Origin: Octopus vulgaris
Lineage: Eukaryota
NCBI GenBank assembly: GCA_951406725.2
Contig: OX597822.1
Span: 87,544,001 to 87,608,000 of the forward strand
Direction of reading: 5' to 3'
DNA: 64,000 nucleotides
Below are positions 1 to 14,500 of the stretch, piece after piece; positions within the stretch are counted from its first letter, which is position 1; every line of letters begins with the position of its first letter. A program made the translations under genes and the position numbers. Below the pieces are notes generated by a model. The model was not told the DNA's origin and did not search any database. It worked only from the letters and a program-made list of their open reading frames with translations.

Positions 1-540
1 GATACTTATCTAGTTTTTCCAAAGAGATGGATATTTCCAAGGCAGTGGACGATTTTGAACTTCTTTTCAAGTTAAAGTGATACCATGTGCTGTTTACGTT
101 TTGTATATTCGTAAAGGCTTTTACTTTTTCTGTTTTTCCCTTCTATATATTTCAGATGGTTTTTCTTTAAATGTATCTTGTTACGTTTTCACTCAAAAGT
201 TATTCAGATAATGATTTTATTTTATTTTATTCTTTTGTTCCGATCGAAAATCGCAATTAATTTTGAAATTTCGTAAAATCCACGTGTTGTTATGTGCAAT
301 GCTTATAATTCCTACATTTGCAAAAGGTTCTTCCTGCTTAATATATTTCACTTTATATTTCCTCAAGTCAATACTTTGTCATTCAGGAAGACATTCAAGG
401 CTTTTTGGGGTTTTATTTATAATGGCCTTCGCAGCTTTTCAGAAATTTCTTGGCAATTTTCTAGGAGCTTAAAACAACACCTGTTGATCAGAGGCTGCCA
501 TACATACGTACATACGTACACACACAACATACATGTATGT

Positions 541-868
541 GGAGGTGCAATGGCCCAGTGGTTAGGACAGCGGACTTGTGGTCATAGGATCGCGGTTTCA
601 ATTCCCAGACCAGGCGTTGTGAGTGTTTATTGAGCGAAAACACCCAAAGCTCCACGAGGCTCTGGCAGGGGGTGGTGGCGATCCCTGCTGTACTCTTTTG
701 TCGCAACTTTCTCTCACTCTTTCTTCAGTTGGCCTGCTCACTTAGCCAGCAGGGTGGCGTCATTTGAAGGCTAAAACAATGCGAAGCGCATTGTGACCAG
801 CGATGTGTAGCAACATCTGATAGCCTGGTCGGTCACGTGATCACATGATATATATATATATATATATA
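541..868 (+). mobile_element. tRNA-derived SINE with (TA)n tail
   Basis: A-box-like TGGCCCAGTGG and B-box-like GGTTTCAATTCC in a tRNA-like head; GC-richer body; microsatellite tail. Confidence 0.7.
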
Positions 869-1452
869 CACACTGTAAATCCTCGAGTATAATACGCAGG
901 GGATTTTTAGGGGGAGGTGTGAAAATTTCTTTAAATAGTCTACAGATGACAAAAAAACATTATTGTACTCAACCCATCTAAGCACACTATTAGAACCTTC
1001 AAGGTTGCCACAAATGTTAGAAGAGCTCCACATCATTGGTAAAAATCTAAGAAACGCACATACTCAACATAGCAAAGGCTACAATTCAAAGACTGCCTTT
1101 TCTCTTCACAATGAAATGCTGTTCCCACACCTAGGAAGACATTACTGCTACACACACACACACACACACTCTGGAGTGCCTCAAGACAAGCAACATGGGT
1201 GATTGACATGAAAGTACTCACATCCCTCATACCCCAGTACACTGGCTCATATATATAACAGTAATAAACCATCAATGTTATAAAAAAAAACAAAAAAACT
1301 AATGAAATGAAAACAAGACTTGTGTATGACATGGAGGTTTTCATGTTACCAAACATACCCAATTTTAAACAAATACTAGGTTTCTTGGGAGCAAAATTTG
1401 AACCGTTGTGCAAAGGTTAATATCAAAAGTAACAAAAAAAAAAAAAACCTAC

Positions 1453-1653
1453 TTTCTGTGCTTCCAAAGAATTCTGAAGTTTTATTTTTCGTACAGAAGC
1501 GCATTCTTTAAGTCGCTGAAGTTTAATGTGAAGATTATCAATCCGTGCTTGAACATCAGCTGCTTCAAAATGGTTACTTTTCAACATATTGCGAGCAGTT
1601 GTTGCAACAGCTTCAATGGAAGGTTCATGGCCAATAATTTCAAACTCAACAGC
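1453..1653 (-). CDS. SPTBN5: beta-H spectrin exon w41 (201 nt)
   Basis: AVEFEIIGHEPSIEAVATTARNMLKSNHFEAADVQARIDNLHIKLQRLKECASVRKIKLQNSLEAQK; not in the ORF track. Confidence 0.92.
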
Positions 1654-4600
1654 CTACAAAATACACGGTTTATTAATGTTTTAACTTCAAAGAATTTTCG
1701 TTTCAGCATCCAATAAAGATATAACAAGATACACTTTGTCTTACTAAATACAATCTTAAAACAGAATCTAAATTTCCAGATAGAAGCTTAGTAAATGCTC
1801 ATGAATTACAAAATCCTATCTGTAGCAAGTTCTTCATTTCATCTCAGTGAGACACCCAGTTTTACCTGTCTCACTTTACCTAGCTAAAGAACAGGCAGTA
1901 AGCTTACCGAGCATAATTACCTCAGCTGCATTAGCCCAATAATTGTGTGAAGATTTCTCTCACAGCCACCTAACTTTATACAGAAAACAAAGTTCTGACT
2001 ATGGATCCTAGTAAGTCTTGAAAGTTATTTACTTAATTCTTTCATGACTCTCTAAGCAAACATATTATATTTAACCCTAGTTTCCAGATTCTCAAATTTT
2101 TAATCTTGGATGGGTTAGGCTTAATCTGCCATATAACATCCATAGAAAAGTATAGTCCATAACTTGATGATGAGGTACACAAAATCAAGATTTCTACCTG
2201 TAGGCAATTTCACCTATATTTATGCTGTACATAAAGCTACTTGACAGCCCACAGCCATAACTTGAGAAGGAAATGGGTGCCACCAAGATTACCAAGTCTG
2301 TTGAAATACTAGAATGGAAGCCATGCCAATATTTCATTCTATACTGGACTACTCAGAGCTTGGAGCCAAAGACCAAAGAGGGTAGAAAAGTTTAGTAAAA
2401 AAATTAAATTTCATATGCTACAATGACAGAAATGACAATGTGATAGCAACATGGAAATATATCCAAATTGAACTATCAAAACCAGACTATTTGTGTTTCC
2501 CCCAGTTCTTATTAACATTTAGCTTTTAAAATCTGCCAATTAAGTGCTTCTTCAAAATACAAATCTAATTAGTCCACACTTGAAAATTATATACAAACTT
2601 AATGATGAGGCACACAAAATATAGGCACACTTATATGGTCACTTGATATGCTAGAAATAACACCCAAATCTCCTCAAGTCATGCTTTAGTGTTGTAAAAA
2701 GAAGAACACATTAGATAATGGTGGCTCATATGTGTTATGCTTAGGAAAAAAATTGGATGGTCATAACTGAAATATCTTTGATTTACTAAATCAGAGCTGA
2801 CTTAGGGTTCAACAATTATACACAAATTTAGTTGATTCCTTATTTCTTTGTTTGTATCTCTCTAATTTCATGTTTTCATCTATTAGACAAAATCTCATAG
2901 AAAAATTATTCAGAGCCTTATCAAGATATTAGATTATTCTAACACAGAATAATCCATACCTGGAATTTCTTCAAAAGGTTCTGCACTTCAGGGAGAGATT
3001 TACCAAAATCTTTTGATTCTACAATTGGCTGTTTCTCATTAATCCAAGTCAGTTCATCTTCTAGATCCCGGTAGAATCGGTATAATTGAAGAGAATCATT
3101 TAAGTTTTCTTCTCTAATATTGAATGGTTCTGATAATGATTCAAACCTGAAAGGAAGGAGAAAAAATTAGAAATGAGAATGGATCAAATATTTTCACCTT
3201 TTATAGTTTATGACCATATCACACTGAAAGCACCAGTTCTTTTCCAATCCCTGATATTAAGCAGCGTTGAGCTTAGTTAGTACTTAAATGAGAGTTCTTG
3301 GGAAACCTAGGTGCTGTAAACATTAGTCCAACCCATGCCAGCATGGGCAACAGACATTAAATAATAATGATTTCAAATCCAGAAGGAATACAACAAAAGA
3401 TTGGTTGAACTGAAATATCTGAAAATACTCAGGAAGAACTAATTCCATAGATGTGACACCTATATGAGGTGGTCCCAGAATAGTTTTGTAGCACACCAGC
3501 AGATGGCAGTATATAGTTGCATGCAAAATGAGAGCTAGCAGTGTCCTTTATGAAGCTGTGAGTCAAGTGAAATCCTTGGGGTTACTTCACATGTAAAATC
3601 TGTGTTTTTGTGATCACATGTATGCTGCTGTCAGCGATTTTGTCATGGACAAGAAGAGCCAATGTGAAATTTTGCATTAAACTTGGGAGGTCTGCTACAG
3701 AGACATTGAGCATGCTATGGCAAGCTTATGGCAATGAGGTAATGGGTCGTACGCAATGTTTTGAGTGGCATAGGCGCTTCAAAAGCAGGGAAATGTCCCT
3801 GGAAGACGATGAGTAATCTGGAACACCTGTCGTTAGCATCACACCTGGAAAGAATTCATCTACCAGGTGCAAACCATCAACTGTGAGTTCTACTGTGTTG
3901 AAGCATCCGAGGGAGGACATTCGGCAAAAATGACTGGGTCTGTGGAGCATGAAGAATTGGATTCTTCACCAAGTTCTCCTAAGTTGAGCTTCTCACCCGA
4001 AACAACATGGCATCACTTCCACACCCACCCTAGTCACCAGATTTAGCACTGGCAGACTTCCATTTGTTCCCCAAGATGAAAATGCAGCTCAAAGGTCACT
4101 ATTTTAACATCACTGTTGAGGTCCAGAGCAAGTCATAGAAGGTCCTCGACTTGCTTAAGGAGAACAAGCTCCAAGCCAGATTCCGAAAGTGGCAGGAACT
4201 CTGAGACCAGTGTATTGCTGTGCAAGGTGACTATTTTGAATGAGATGAATTATCTAAATAACTTATTTACCTAAGAAAACTTAGGTAAATAAGTCATTTT
4301 TTATTAAACATAACTAGTCCAGAAATCTTTTGATACCACTTTGTATGCTAGCAAGATATAAATATGAATTTACAGCAAATAATAAGGAATGAAGACAATT
4401 ACAAGTTCAGATGACATGTTTACTACTACTACTACTACTACTACTACTACAAAATAGCAGCTATATTTTACCTATCAATAGTTTCTTGTGTTCTTTTCAT
4501 TAACTCTTTGCCCATGAAATGATTTTCCTCTTTCAAAGATTTTGTGGACTCATAAAGGTTGTTCGTTTTCTTCCTATGGTTCTCAAAATCTTGCTTCAGA

Positions 4601-7600
4601 CGCTGAAATACAATTGGCAAGAAGTGAATATATACCTATTATGATGATTCTCAAAATCCTAACAGAAATAGAAATGCTAATTACAATAAATGTTACTTTT
4701 AAATTTCTATTACCTTAATAATTAAAATAGCTAATTGTCACAGGATAAATATTGCAAAAGAAGTTATATAATTAATTTAGTATTTTACTAGTATTATTAA
4801 CTACTAAACATATAAAGGCCAATATGATCCTGAAATGAATAAATCTTAAAACAGCGAGTTACCAAGCACAATTCTGGCAAGCATTTGGACCAGCTCTGTC
4901 ACCAAGTAACTATATACAACAAGTTAGTTTAGAATAGATAATAATAAAATGGTTTCAAGATAATAATAAAAAAAAGGAGAAAAGAACAAAAAAAGTGTAA
5001 GTAGTTTCTGACTATTCTAAATATCAATCCTTTATCTCTCAATGTCCTGGGATAACATAAGTACCAGAACATACAGCAGAGGATTTCAGTGGATTGTACA
5101 AAAAGAAGACAAACGTGATGGGTAGGAAATACTTTTGTATTCAATAAAAAAGAAAATCAATTTTTAAATCTGTTCTAAAGTGCATTTCACAAGTATAAGA
5201 AATGAGAGTAATTACATGATTTGACTACATATCTAATTAATTATTGTTGTTGTTGTTTATGCATTAGCAATCAGGATAACAATTACTAACCTGTGATCAA
5301 TCTATTATAAGTTTTAACTCTTAGAAAATCGGACAAGTTTGAAAACTTCTAGAGGTAGTGTTGTCGTTCGACAAAGTATTTAAGTATATTTTAAATTACA
5401 AAACTAATTATCTTGAAGAAATATTTCTTCATCGATGAAGTTTACATTTGTCATGTTAAAAAATTTTTCTCAAGCTGTGATAAATTACTAAGTTCACCTT
5501 AAGCTATTTGCAATTCATAAACTGAAATAACCAGAAAAAAACCTGTGCCTTAAGCCCTCCATGAACATAAATAGTTTTATTACATATAATAATATGAACA
5601 TTCTCTAACAGATAGAAATGATAATGACAATCAATACCTGATTTTTTTTAATAAGCATGGTGACAGTGACTAAGTCTTTGCCATGGTCTTCAGAGGTCAG
5701 TTGACTCTCTGTTTCATCCAGCCACTGATTGAGATCATCCAAATCACGATTTATTGTTAGAGCCTGTTAAACAAAGATAGACATGAAATAATGATATCAA
5801 GAAACAAACCAATTCAAACCTGCAACAACAAAAAATTTAAATATCTAAACAAGAGCAGAAAATTGACCAAATGTTATGCTCATAATATTTTACTGGTTTC
5901 AGTCATTTTGACGGTGACCACGCTAGAGCACTGCCTTTTAGTCAAAGAAATCAATCCCTGGACTTATTCTTTGTAAGTCTGGTACTTATTCTATCGGTCT
6001 CTTTTGCTGAACTGCTAGGTAACAGGGATGTAAACACCGACAATGGTTGTCAAGCGTTGGTGGTTGGGGGGGGGGGGCAACACACACACAAACACAAATA
6101 TATACATACATACATATATATATATAGGGTGGGTTTTTTTCAGTGTCCATCTACCAAATCTACTCACAAGGCTTTGGTCAGCCTGAGGCTATAGTAGAAG
6201 ACACTTGCCCAAGGTGCCATGCTGTGGGACTGAACCTCAAACCATGTGGTTGAGAAGCAAATTTCTTACCACACAGCCACACCTATGTGAGAATAGAATT
6301 ATTAGCATAATGATTATTTGGGTATTAATGAGATTTTTATTTTCTTCTGGCCTGGTTAGTTAGTCATGCTTATTTACAGTCTAACTCAATAAATTATTCT
6401 TTAATGGTTTTCATTAAAACACACAAAATTATAATTATCATAAAAATTATTAATATCATTTAAATTACTTCTAATGGACCTTATAACCACTAAGGGGCTG
6501 GATTAAAAAAATTCTTTGTAATATTTAAATTCCTTATCCTACTAAGATTAATTTGCTTCCACCATTTTGGAATTGATAAAAATTGCCTTTCAAGTACCGA
6601 GGTTGATTTAATTGACTATATTCCTCCTATATAATTAAAAAAAAAAATATGGCCTCATTTCTATGTTAGAAATAATAATAATAAGCACAAGGCTATTGTT
6701 ATTGGATGTTAACTTATTGTGGAAGATACTCAACACCCAAGCACCAATCTCAAAATCCTAGTTGCCCCCAATAGAGCAGTTTTTTGGGCCTGCTCTGCCT
6801 TCTTGTCAATTTTGACACACACACAATAATGCCAATAGCTACACATATATTCGACATCTTTCACCCTGCTCAAATCAAAAAATATATAATCTCCAACAAT
6901 ACATGAAGACCATCATCAATAACCAAAGAACAGCTGAGAGGAAATGGATCATTGAGAAAATCAAATTCAACCCCAAAGTGTTCTCTTTTGCAAAAAAACA
7001 CAAGGTCACTGTCTCTACTGTTGGCCTGCTAATTGATGAAAATGGCACTCACTGAGGTAATGCCAAAACCATGAACGAGATACTGCAGAAGCAATACTGC
7101 TCAGATATGGCCGATCTGGACTGTAACAGTGATGTTAATCCTCAACACACTATATATCGGACATAATGTTTGGTGTCACTGATGTCTTAGCAGCAATAAA
7201 CGAAATTAAACACAATTCAGCAACAGGCCCTGATAGGTTCCCTGCTTGTGTCCTCAAGGTATGTCAATACCAACTTGCTAATCTGTGGAGGAACTCACAG
7301 GACATTGGCTATATTCCTGAAAACTTTCTGGACATTGACTATATTCCTGAAAACTTTCTGTCCCAGTTTTCAAAAGGGAAAAGAAGTCCCTTGCAGTGAA
7401 CTACCATTCAATTTCACTCACCTCCCATATCATCAAAGTATTTGAGAGGGTGGTAAGATCACGAATAACCCACTTACTTGAAAGAAATAGACTGCTGAAC
7501 CCCAACCAACATGGGTTCTGTAATGAAAGACACTGCCTAACGCAGCCCCTGCATCACTTTGATGACATCTTAAGAGCTTTGGGACGGGGCTCCTACACTT

Positions 7601-8317
7601 ATGTCATCTACCTTTATTTCAGCAAGGCCTTTGACAGGGCTGATCATAAAATTCTCTAGAAAAAACTATCCGGCATGGGTGTCTCTGGAAAGTTACTACA
7701 ATGGATGAAGTGCTTCCTCACAGGCAGAACCCAACACACAGTTGAAGGAGTAAAATCAAGCCCAGCCAAAGTTGGTAGAGGTGTTCCACAAGGCACTGTG
7801 TTGGGCCCACTTCTTTTCATCATCTACATTAATGACATTACTGACATCAAGCACAGCAACATAAGAATCTTTGCAGATGATTCCAAGATCCAGAAGGTCA
7901 TCAATATTTTACACTCAAATGTTTCAAAGAAGACCCCCTATAAACGAGGGTAACCCTACCAGGATAGCCCCTTTCCTAAATGAAAACACACATAGCACAC
8001 AAATTTCACACAAAGGAGAAATGTGCTCCAATGACATTCTACCTCAACGTACCAGAACAAAAAAAAAACAAAGAATGCAAAATAATTAATCATACAAATT
8101 CAAGGGAGACAAAATTCCAAAAGATGAGACTCTAGAGTAACGTCCCTTGGTTCATTCACATAAATTTATGAGAAATCCTGTGAACAAAGTGAGACTGTTT
8201 GGAGGCAAACACCTTTCTCCATGTGATCGGCTTGAAAAAATGCTAAGACACTAGGATATTTTCCTATTTTTCTTAACACGAAATCAATGGTAGTCTTAAT
8301 TCACAAATAAAGAAAAT

Positions 8318-8374
<57 letters not shown>

Positions 8375-10961
8375 TACACATATATATACAAGCACATTTC
8401 CCACTCCCCAATCCAGTCCTCACTACCCTGGTCGCTGTATTGTTGCCTTCCTCATCCCCTCCCCCTCTATATACTCAGATTCTCACCAGTCACAGCATTC
8501 CCCACTTCCACTCCCTGCTCATGAGCTTTTGGCAATACCCTGCCACCATTTATCTCTGTTCCTTACTCTACCATTCCATCTATTCCCTGGTCTTCTTTCG
8601 TTGCGAGTATACCCTGGCATTTGCCACCATCCCTCTCCTGCTCTCTCCTACCCTTTCTCTCTCTCTCTCTCTGGCTGGGTAACCATGTACCTCCTTTGCA
8701 GCATGACATCTGTTTCTGTCTCTCTGTCACACAAACCTTTCATCATCTGACACAAGAGCTCCTCCTCCACCATTCCCTCCCATCTCAAAGATTCCTTGTC
8801 TTGCAAAGTTACCTGGTGACCCTGTCAGTGCAGGTACCACTTAAAAGCATCCAGTCCACACTGTAAAGTGGTTGGTGTTTGGAAGGGATTCAAGCTGTAA
8901 AAACCATGCCAAAACAGACACAGGAGCATGGCACAGCCTCCTGCTTGGCCGGTTCCTGTCAATCTGTCCAACCTATGCCAGTATGGAACGAAGAAGTTAA
9001 ACAACGATGATAATATATACACACACACACATATCATCATCATCATTGTTTAACATCTGCTCTCTATGCTGACATGGGTTGGATGGTTTGACACGGAGTT
9101 GGCTAGCAAGGAGCTGTCCAGACTCCAACTGTCTGTTTTGGCTTGGCTTCTATGGCAGGATGCACTCCCTAATGCCAACCACTTAACAGTGCGCTGGGTG
9201 CTCTTTACATGCCACCAACACCAGTGTGCTTATGCAACACCTGCACAAGTGCATCAATACACCACTGGCATGGGTGCTTTTTAAGTGGCCCTGGCACCTG
9301 AAAAGGACAAGCCTGTATAAGTGGAAGACAGACATCAAGTACAGAAAATCACCAGGCCCTTTGTCATTTCCTCAGTGTTGGTATGATAAAATGCACCAAA
9401 GATATACGCAACCCTGAAGCTGCCCTGTTTCTCAGTTGATGTGTGTGTGTGATGTGCAAGGTAACACAAACTATAACAACCTGTCCAACTTGCGGGAAAA
9501 CAGTTGTAAAATGATGGTGATGTTCATGTTAACACAAACCTATTTACACACAGAGAAATCCTCAATGTACACATACATTAATTACAAGTGTCAGAAAAAG
9601 CTCCAGTAGTGAACACTTTTTTATATTTTTTATTTTTTATTTTTATTTTATCTAGTTTTAGCTCATGAGCTGTGGCCATGCTGGGGCACCGCCATTATGA
9701 TTGTTTTTTTAAAAGTTTTTGTCATAATTTGAATATTATTTTTATTATTGTTATTTAGGAGGCATTAGCAAACTGAACAAAATGGTTAGCGGCATTTCTT
9801 CCAACCTTATTTTCAGAGTTTCAAATACCTCTGGGGTCAACTTTCAGAATTGATAACATAAGTATCAGTTGAGCACTTGTACTCATTTTATCCCCTCAAA
9901 ATTGCTGACTTTGTAACAAAAATTAAAAAGAATTATTATTATTATTATTATTATTAATATTATGTACTTACTTCAAAAGCTTCCTTTAGATATTGATATT
10001 TTCTATTGCTTGTTGAAAACAGCTCTTTCCAGCAACATTCCAATTCCTTTAAGCTAATATCAATTTCCTCTTTAGCATAATGATCAGCCTGTACCAATTT
10101 AGTTCCTTCCTAGATGTCAAGAGATGATAAATCATATCTTAAAGGAATCAATGAAGACAGAGAGGTAAACTTAACCAACATTTAAGTCTGAGATTATAAT
10201 TTGAAATAAGTAATGAAGACACAGCATGCAGCCATTAATGTGAACATCTAATTCTACAAAATGTGACCATCTTTCTACAAAACTGTGAAAACAATATCTT
10301 GATACACCATTAAAATACAAAAATGCTCACAATACTTATAACTTACACTATAATCTAATTTTTTCAAAGTAGTCCAGAACTGTTGAATGGAAGAAGATCA
10401 ATAGTAACAATCAATATAATATTGATGATCATAATGAAGCAACTTTTTCAAATCCACATCTGATAGTTGCATTAAATATCTATTAAATATTACAATTGTT
10501 AGTGAAAATGGTATTATATTGAACAGCAGAGCACTTACAAAAAGACATTTCAGGCCTTCTTAATTTCAAAGAATTTCATTGTAAAATAAACAGGAGAGTG
10601 CTGTTAGCATTACTACATTTAAACAGTTAAACAATTATTAAATTAATTTTATTTTGATAGCTGACAACACATGATTTTAAAATAGAGTCATGAGCAGTAA
10701 AAATAAAACATTTTAACTTCAAAACCGTTTTCATCAGTCTTTGAAGAGAATTAGTTTTCTATACACTTCTGCAATCTACTTCTAATACATCTTCCAATAT
10801 ACTAGTAAAGTGATTGTTAATTAAAAGGTCCTGCAGAGCTAGTAATTAACACATCTAAAGCCTGGAGGGTATATCAGCCGAAACGTTAACAACAAACAAG
10901 GTGAGGACAAATATCTGTCAAATGTAAATAATGTACATCTAAATTTGTAGAAATAGTCAAC

Positions 10962-11019
<58 letters not shown>

Positions 11020-11541
11020 GACAGGCTTCTTTCAGTTTCTCCCTACCAAATCTGCTCATAAGGCTTTGGTTGGCTCAAGGCTATAGTAGATACTTGGCTA
11101 AGGTGCCATGCAGTGGGACTGAACCTGGAACTATGAGGTTTGGAAGCAAGCTTCTTGCCACAAAACCAAGCCTATGCCTAAATGATGATAATAAAAAATA
11201 CAGTCTTTGCTTAAATTAGAGTGTTATGAACATAATAAGTCAGTGTCAAAAATAACTAGATTTTGTAACTAACCTGTACAATATCATCAACACGATTGCG
11301 ATTTGCTGTTAACTCTGCTTCAAATGCTGTATGTTTCTGGATCTTAGCTTGTAAATTGGTGGGATCCTTGTAGTTCTCTTCACTGGCAATTTTCAGTTTC
11401 TCTTGAATCCAATTAGTAACCTGAATTTAAATTTTAAGCATTAATAAGCAGGCCATTTTCAGTATGCTCTGTTCTTTTTTTCATTACTTCAGACTATTGG
11501 TTAATATATATTTAAGAAACCTCATTAAAATATAGTTGTCC

Positions 11542-11577
<36 letters not shown>

Positions 11578-14500
11578 ACATGCAAGCATAAACATATGCA
11601 CAAAAACTCGATGTAATTAAAAAATGCATACTTCATAAAGATTACGCAAGAACAGCTGATATTTGCGGGCATCATCTAAAGTCTTGTGGCGTGCCTGAGA
11701 AGTAGTCCAAAGTTTCTGGTGCCTTTCACAAACAGCTTGGTTCAAATTCTTTATTTCAGCACTTGCATAGTGTTGCTCATTGCAGAGGTTGTCAGAAAAT
11801 TGTTTCAAGTCTTCTATTTTGTCTTGTTGAGAATGTAAAGTCTTTTCAAAGGCTTTGTGCTTTTTCAGCAGTTCTTCAACAGAATATAGAGAATCCTGAA
11901 GAAAACAAAATTTGTTTTAGAATTCAACGTATTTATATCTCTTATTAAAGGTGATGTACATTATCTTACATTAATCATTTGTACTCTCATCTTCAAAGAC
12001 CTTTGGTGAATAAGAGTACAAATCTGGATACAATCTTAAATTAGTGATACATTAAATAAATTAAAAAAATGGATACACACAAACAGAAGTATACAGGAAA
12101 CCAAAATCCAAGTAATTCCAGTTAAAAAGATGTAGTAGACTGAATACAGCTCTCACTACACATTTCTAATATACACAAGATAATTGAAGTCTTATAATTT
12201 GGCAGGCTAATCATGCAAATTAAGCATAAAAGTTAAGATCAATTGTGTTCTTTTTTTTTATATATATTTTCAATTAAAAATATAGTTTAAACAAAAATTA
12301 CTTTCACCTCATTAATGATAAATTAATTCAATGAGTTGACAGATTTTGGAAATGAAAATTGGAATATGTTAGTAATTTATTAGGTTGTCTGGAAAGTTCT
12401 GAGCATTTTTTTAATATGCAAAAAGCAATATAAATAGTTGACCTTTCAATAAATTTTATTCAATGAAATAATTTCCATTATTAATGACCTTTGCCCATCT
12501 ATCAGGCAATTTAAATATTCCATCAGCATAAAATTTGACTGTTTTTAATAAAAAACATTATCTAGATGCATTTTGACTCCATCTAAATCGTTAAATGTTT
12601 TTCCTTGCAATAAGTTCTGAAAAGACAAAATTTTCTGGGCAATCTAATACTTGCAAGACTTGTGAGAAGACAATTGTCTCATCTAAGTAAAAACCTTACT
12701 TATATTTGCTGTAATTCCTTTCTAACTGTTGAGGATGCTCTTATTTTTAACCCTTTCGTTACCGTATTTATTGAGATGCTGTGTTTCTTTCAATCATTTT
12801 AAATATAACAAAGAATTTAGTAAAATAACTTAGCTATCATTAAGCTAGTGTTAGGAATATAAATTGCAACTAATGTTTGGTGGTATATTTTGATGCAAAA
12901 CTTATGAAAACAAGACATTTGTACTACAGAGCCAGAGTTAGTAACGATAGGGTTAATTACCAAATATAGTTTCAACAGACCAGTAATAACTCTAGTAATT
13001 CAGTAAAGTAACATTAAATATAGAATAATCTTAATGAGTGAGAGAGAGACCCAGCAAACACAAGCATCTTTAAATCTCAAAATGGAAATTTTTCTTAATC
13101 CAAATCAGATTATCAGGATCCAAGTTGTATTTATATTTGAATAGTTGTGGTTTGCAATAAAGTGACATTGTTAAATTCAAGAAAATAGAAATGTATACAT
13201 ATTTACCCCGACATCTTTGTTACTGAGAATGGCTTCCTTAGCAGCAAGCCATCCATCAACCTGTTCCACAGTCTCCTTGTATATCTGAAATATAAATAAT
13301 ACATACGAGTTTTAATTTAAAGCTGGAATATTGAAGATTAAATAGGTAACCTTTTTTCTAGAATTCCAATTTAAGATCAATGATATAATAAACTAGGCAC
13401 TGAGATTCTATGTATATTACTAGTAGAGATATCGCTGTAACCTTCAGTGTCCAAGTGTTTACAAAGCCAAGTGTTTAACAAAGCCAAGGAGGGCAAATGG
13501 TGGCAATGGCAAGTGATTTATCTTCCTGCTAGTGATGTAAACAAGAGTGCTTGTTTGCACCCAAAGCCAATATGAGAATTTCTCTCATGGTACATCATCA
13601 TCATCATCATCATCGTTTAACGTCCGCCTTCCATGCTAGCATGGCTTGGACGATTTTGACTGAGGGCTGGCGAGCCAGATGGCTGCACCAGGCTCCAATC
13701 TTGATCTGGCAGAGTTTCTACAGCTGGATGCCCTTCCTAACGCCAACCACTCCGAGAGTGTAGTGGGTGCTTTTTACATGCCACTGGCACAGGGGCCAGT
13801 CAGGCGGTACTGGCAATGACCTTGCTCGAATCGTTTTACACGTGCCAGTGAAGTGACGATTTGTAATGATCATGCTCGAATGGTGCCCTTTTATGTGCCA
13901 CGTGTACGGAAGCCAGTTGGCTGCTCTGGCACCAATCATGCTCAGATGGTGCTCTTGGCACCCTACTAGCACAGGCATAAGTGCCAGTAAGGTGACGCTG
14001 GTAACGATCATACTCGAATAGCTGCTCTGTCAACGATCACACTCATATGGTGCTCTTTGCACCCACTAGCACGGATGCCTGTCATCGAATTGATTTTGAT
14101 CTAATGTTCTAACACAACATCCAATTTTAAGTGGGGATAAATATTACCTTTGCTGTTGATATTGCTACTGTCGCTAACAATTATTTAGAAAGTTATATCT
14201 TGACCTTCTTCAGTGTATTACAATATCATTTGAGTTATAGTTGCTTGAAAAACTATCTCTCTATTTTTTTACACAATTCAGTAACAGTCAAACTAGCAAA
14301 TGATGCACTGTGTGGACTGTTCCACAATCACAGAAAGGGGTTTCCATATCATGTTCATATTCCATTTTGGTATCTTTAGTTAGGTCAAGTCAGACATAGA
14401 GTCAAAACAATTCCACCAGTTCTGTGTGGATATGGAAACCTAGGACAATTTTTCTGCTAATTCCATCTTCATATTTGACATTGGTGGAATATTTACCAAT

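Noticed and set aside
541-615. Possible tRNA gene
   Set aside because: No well-formed cloverleaf, and it continues into a SINE body and tail.
872-910. CACTGTAAATCCTCGAGTATAATACGC, resembling a pogo/Tigger-type end
   Set aside because: No matching second TIR or transposase found.
263-1413. Short ORFs at the window start as separate genes
   Set aside because: Low-complexity or SINE-overlapping frames with no recognisable domain, within an intron.
10855-10940. Hammerhead-ribozyme-like stem + GAAAC (CTGGAGGGTATATCAGCCGAAACG); similar remnant near 23835
   Set aside because: The CUGANGA core is missing; at most a dead Penelope-end remnant.
13770-14080. Repeat-and-spacer appearance suggestive of a CRISPR array
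   Set aside because: Units are degenerate, irregular and lie inside a retrotransposon UTR; eukaryotic context and no cas genes.
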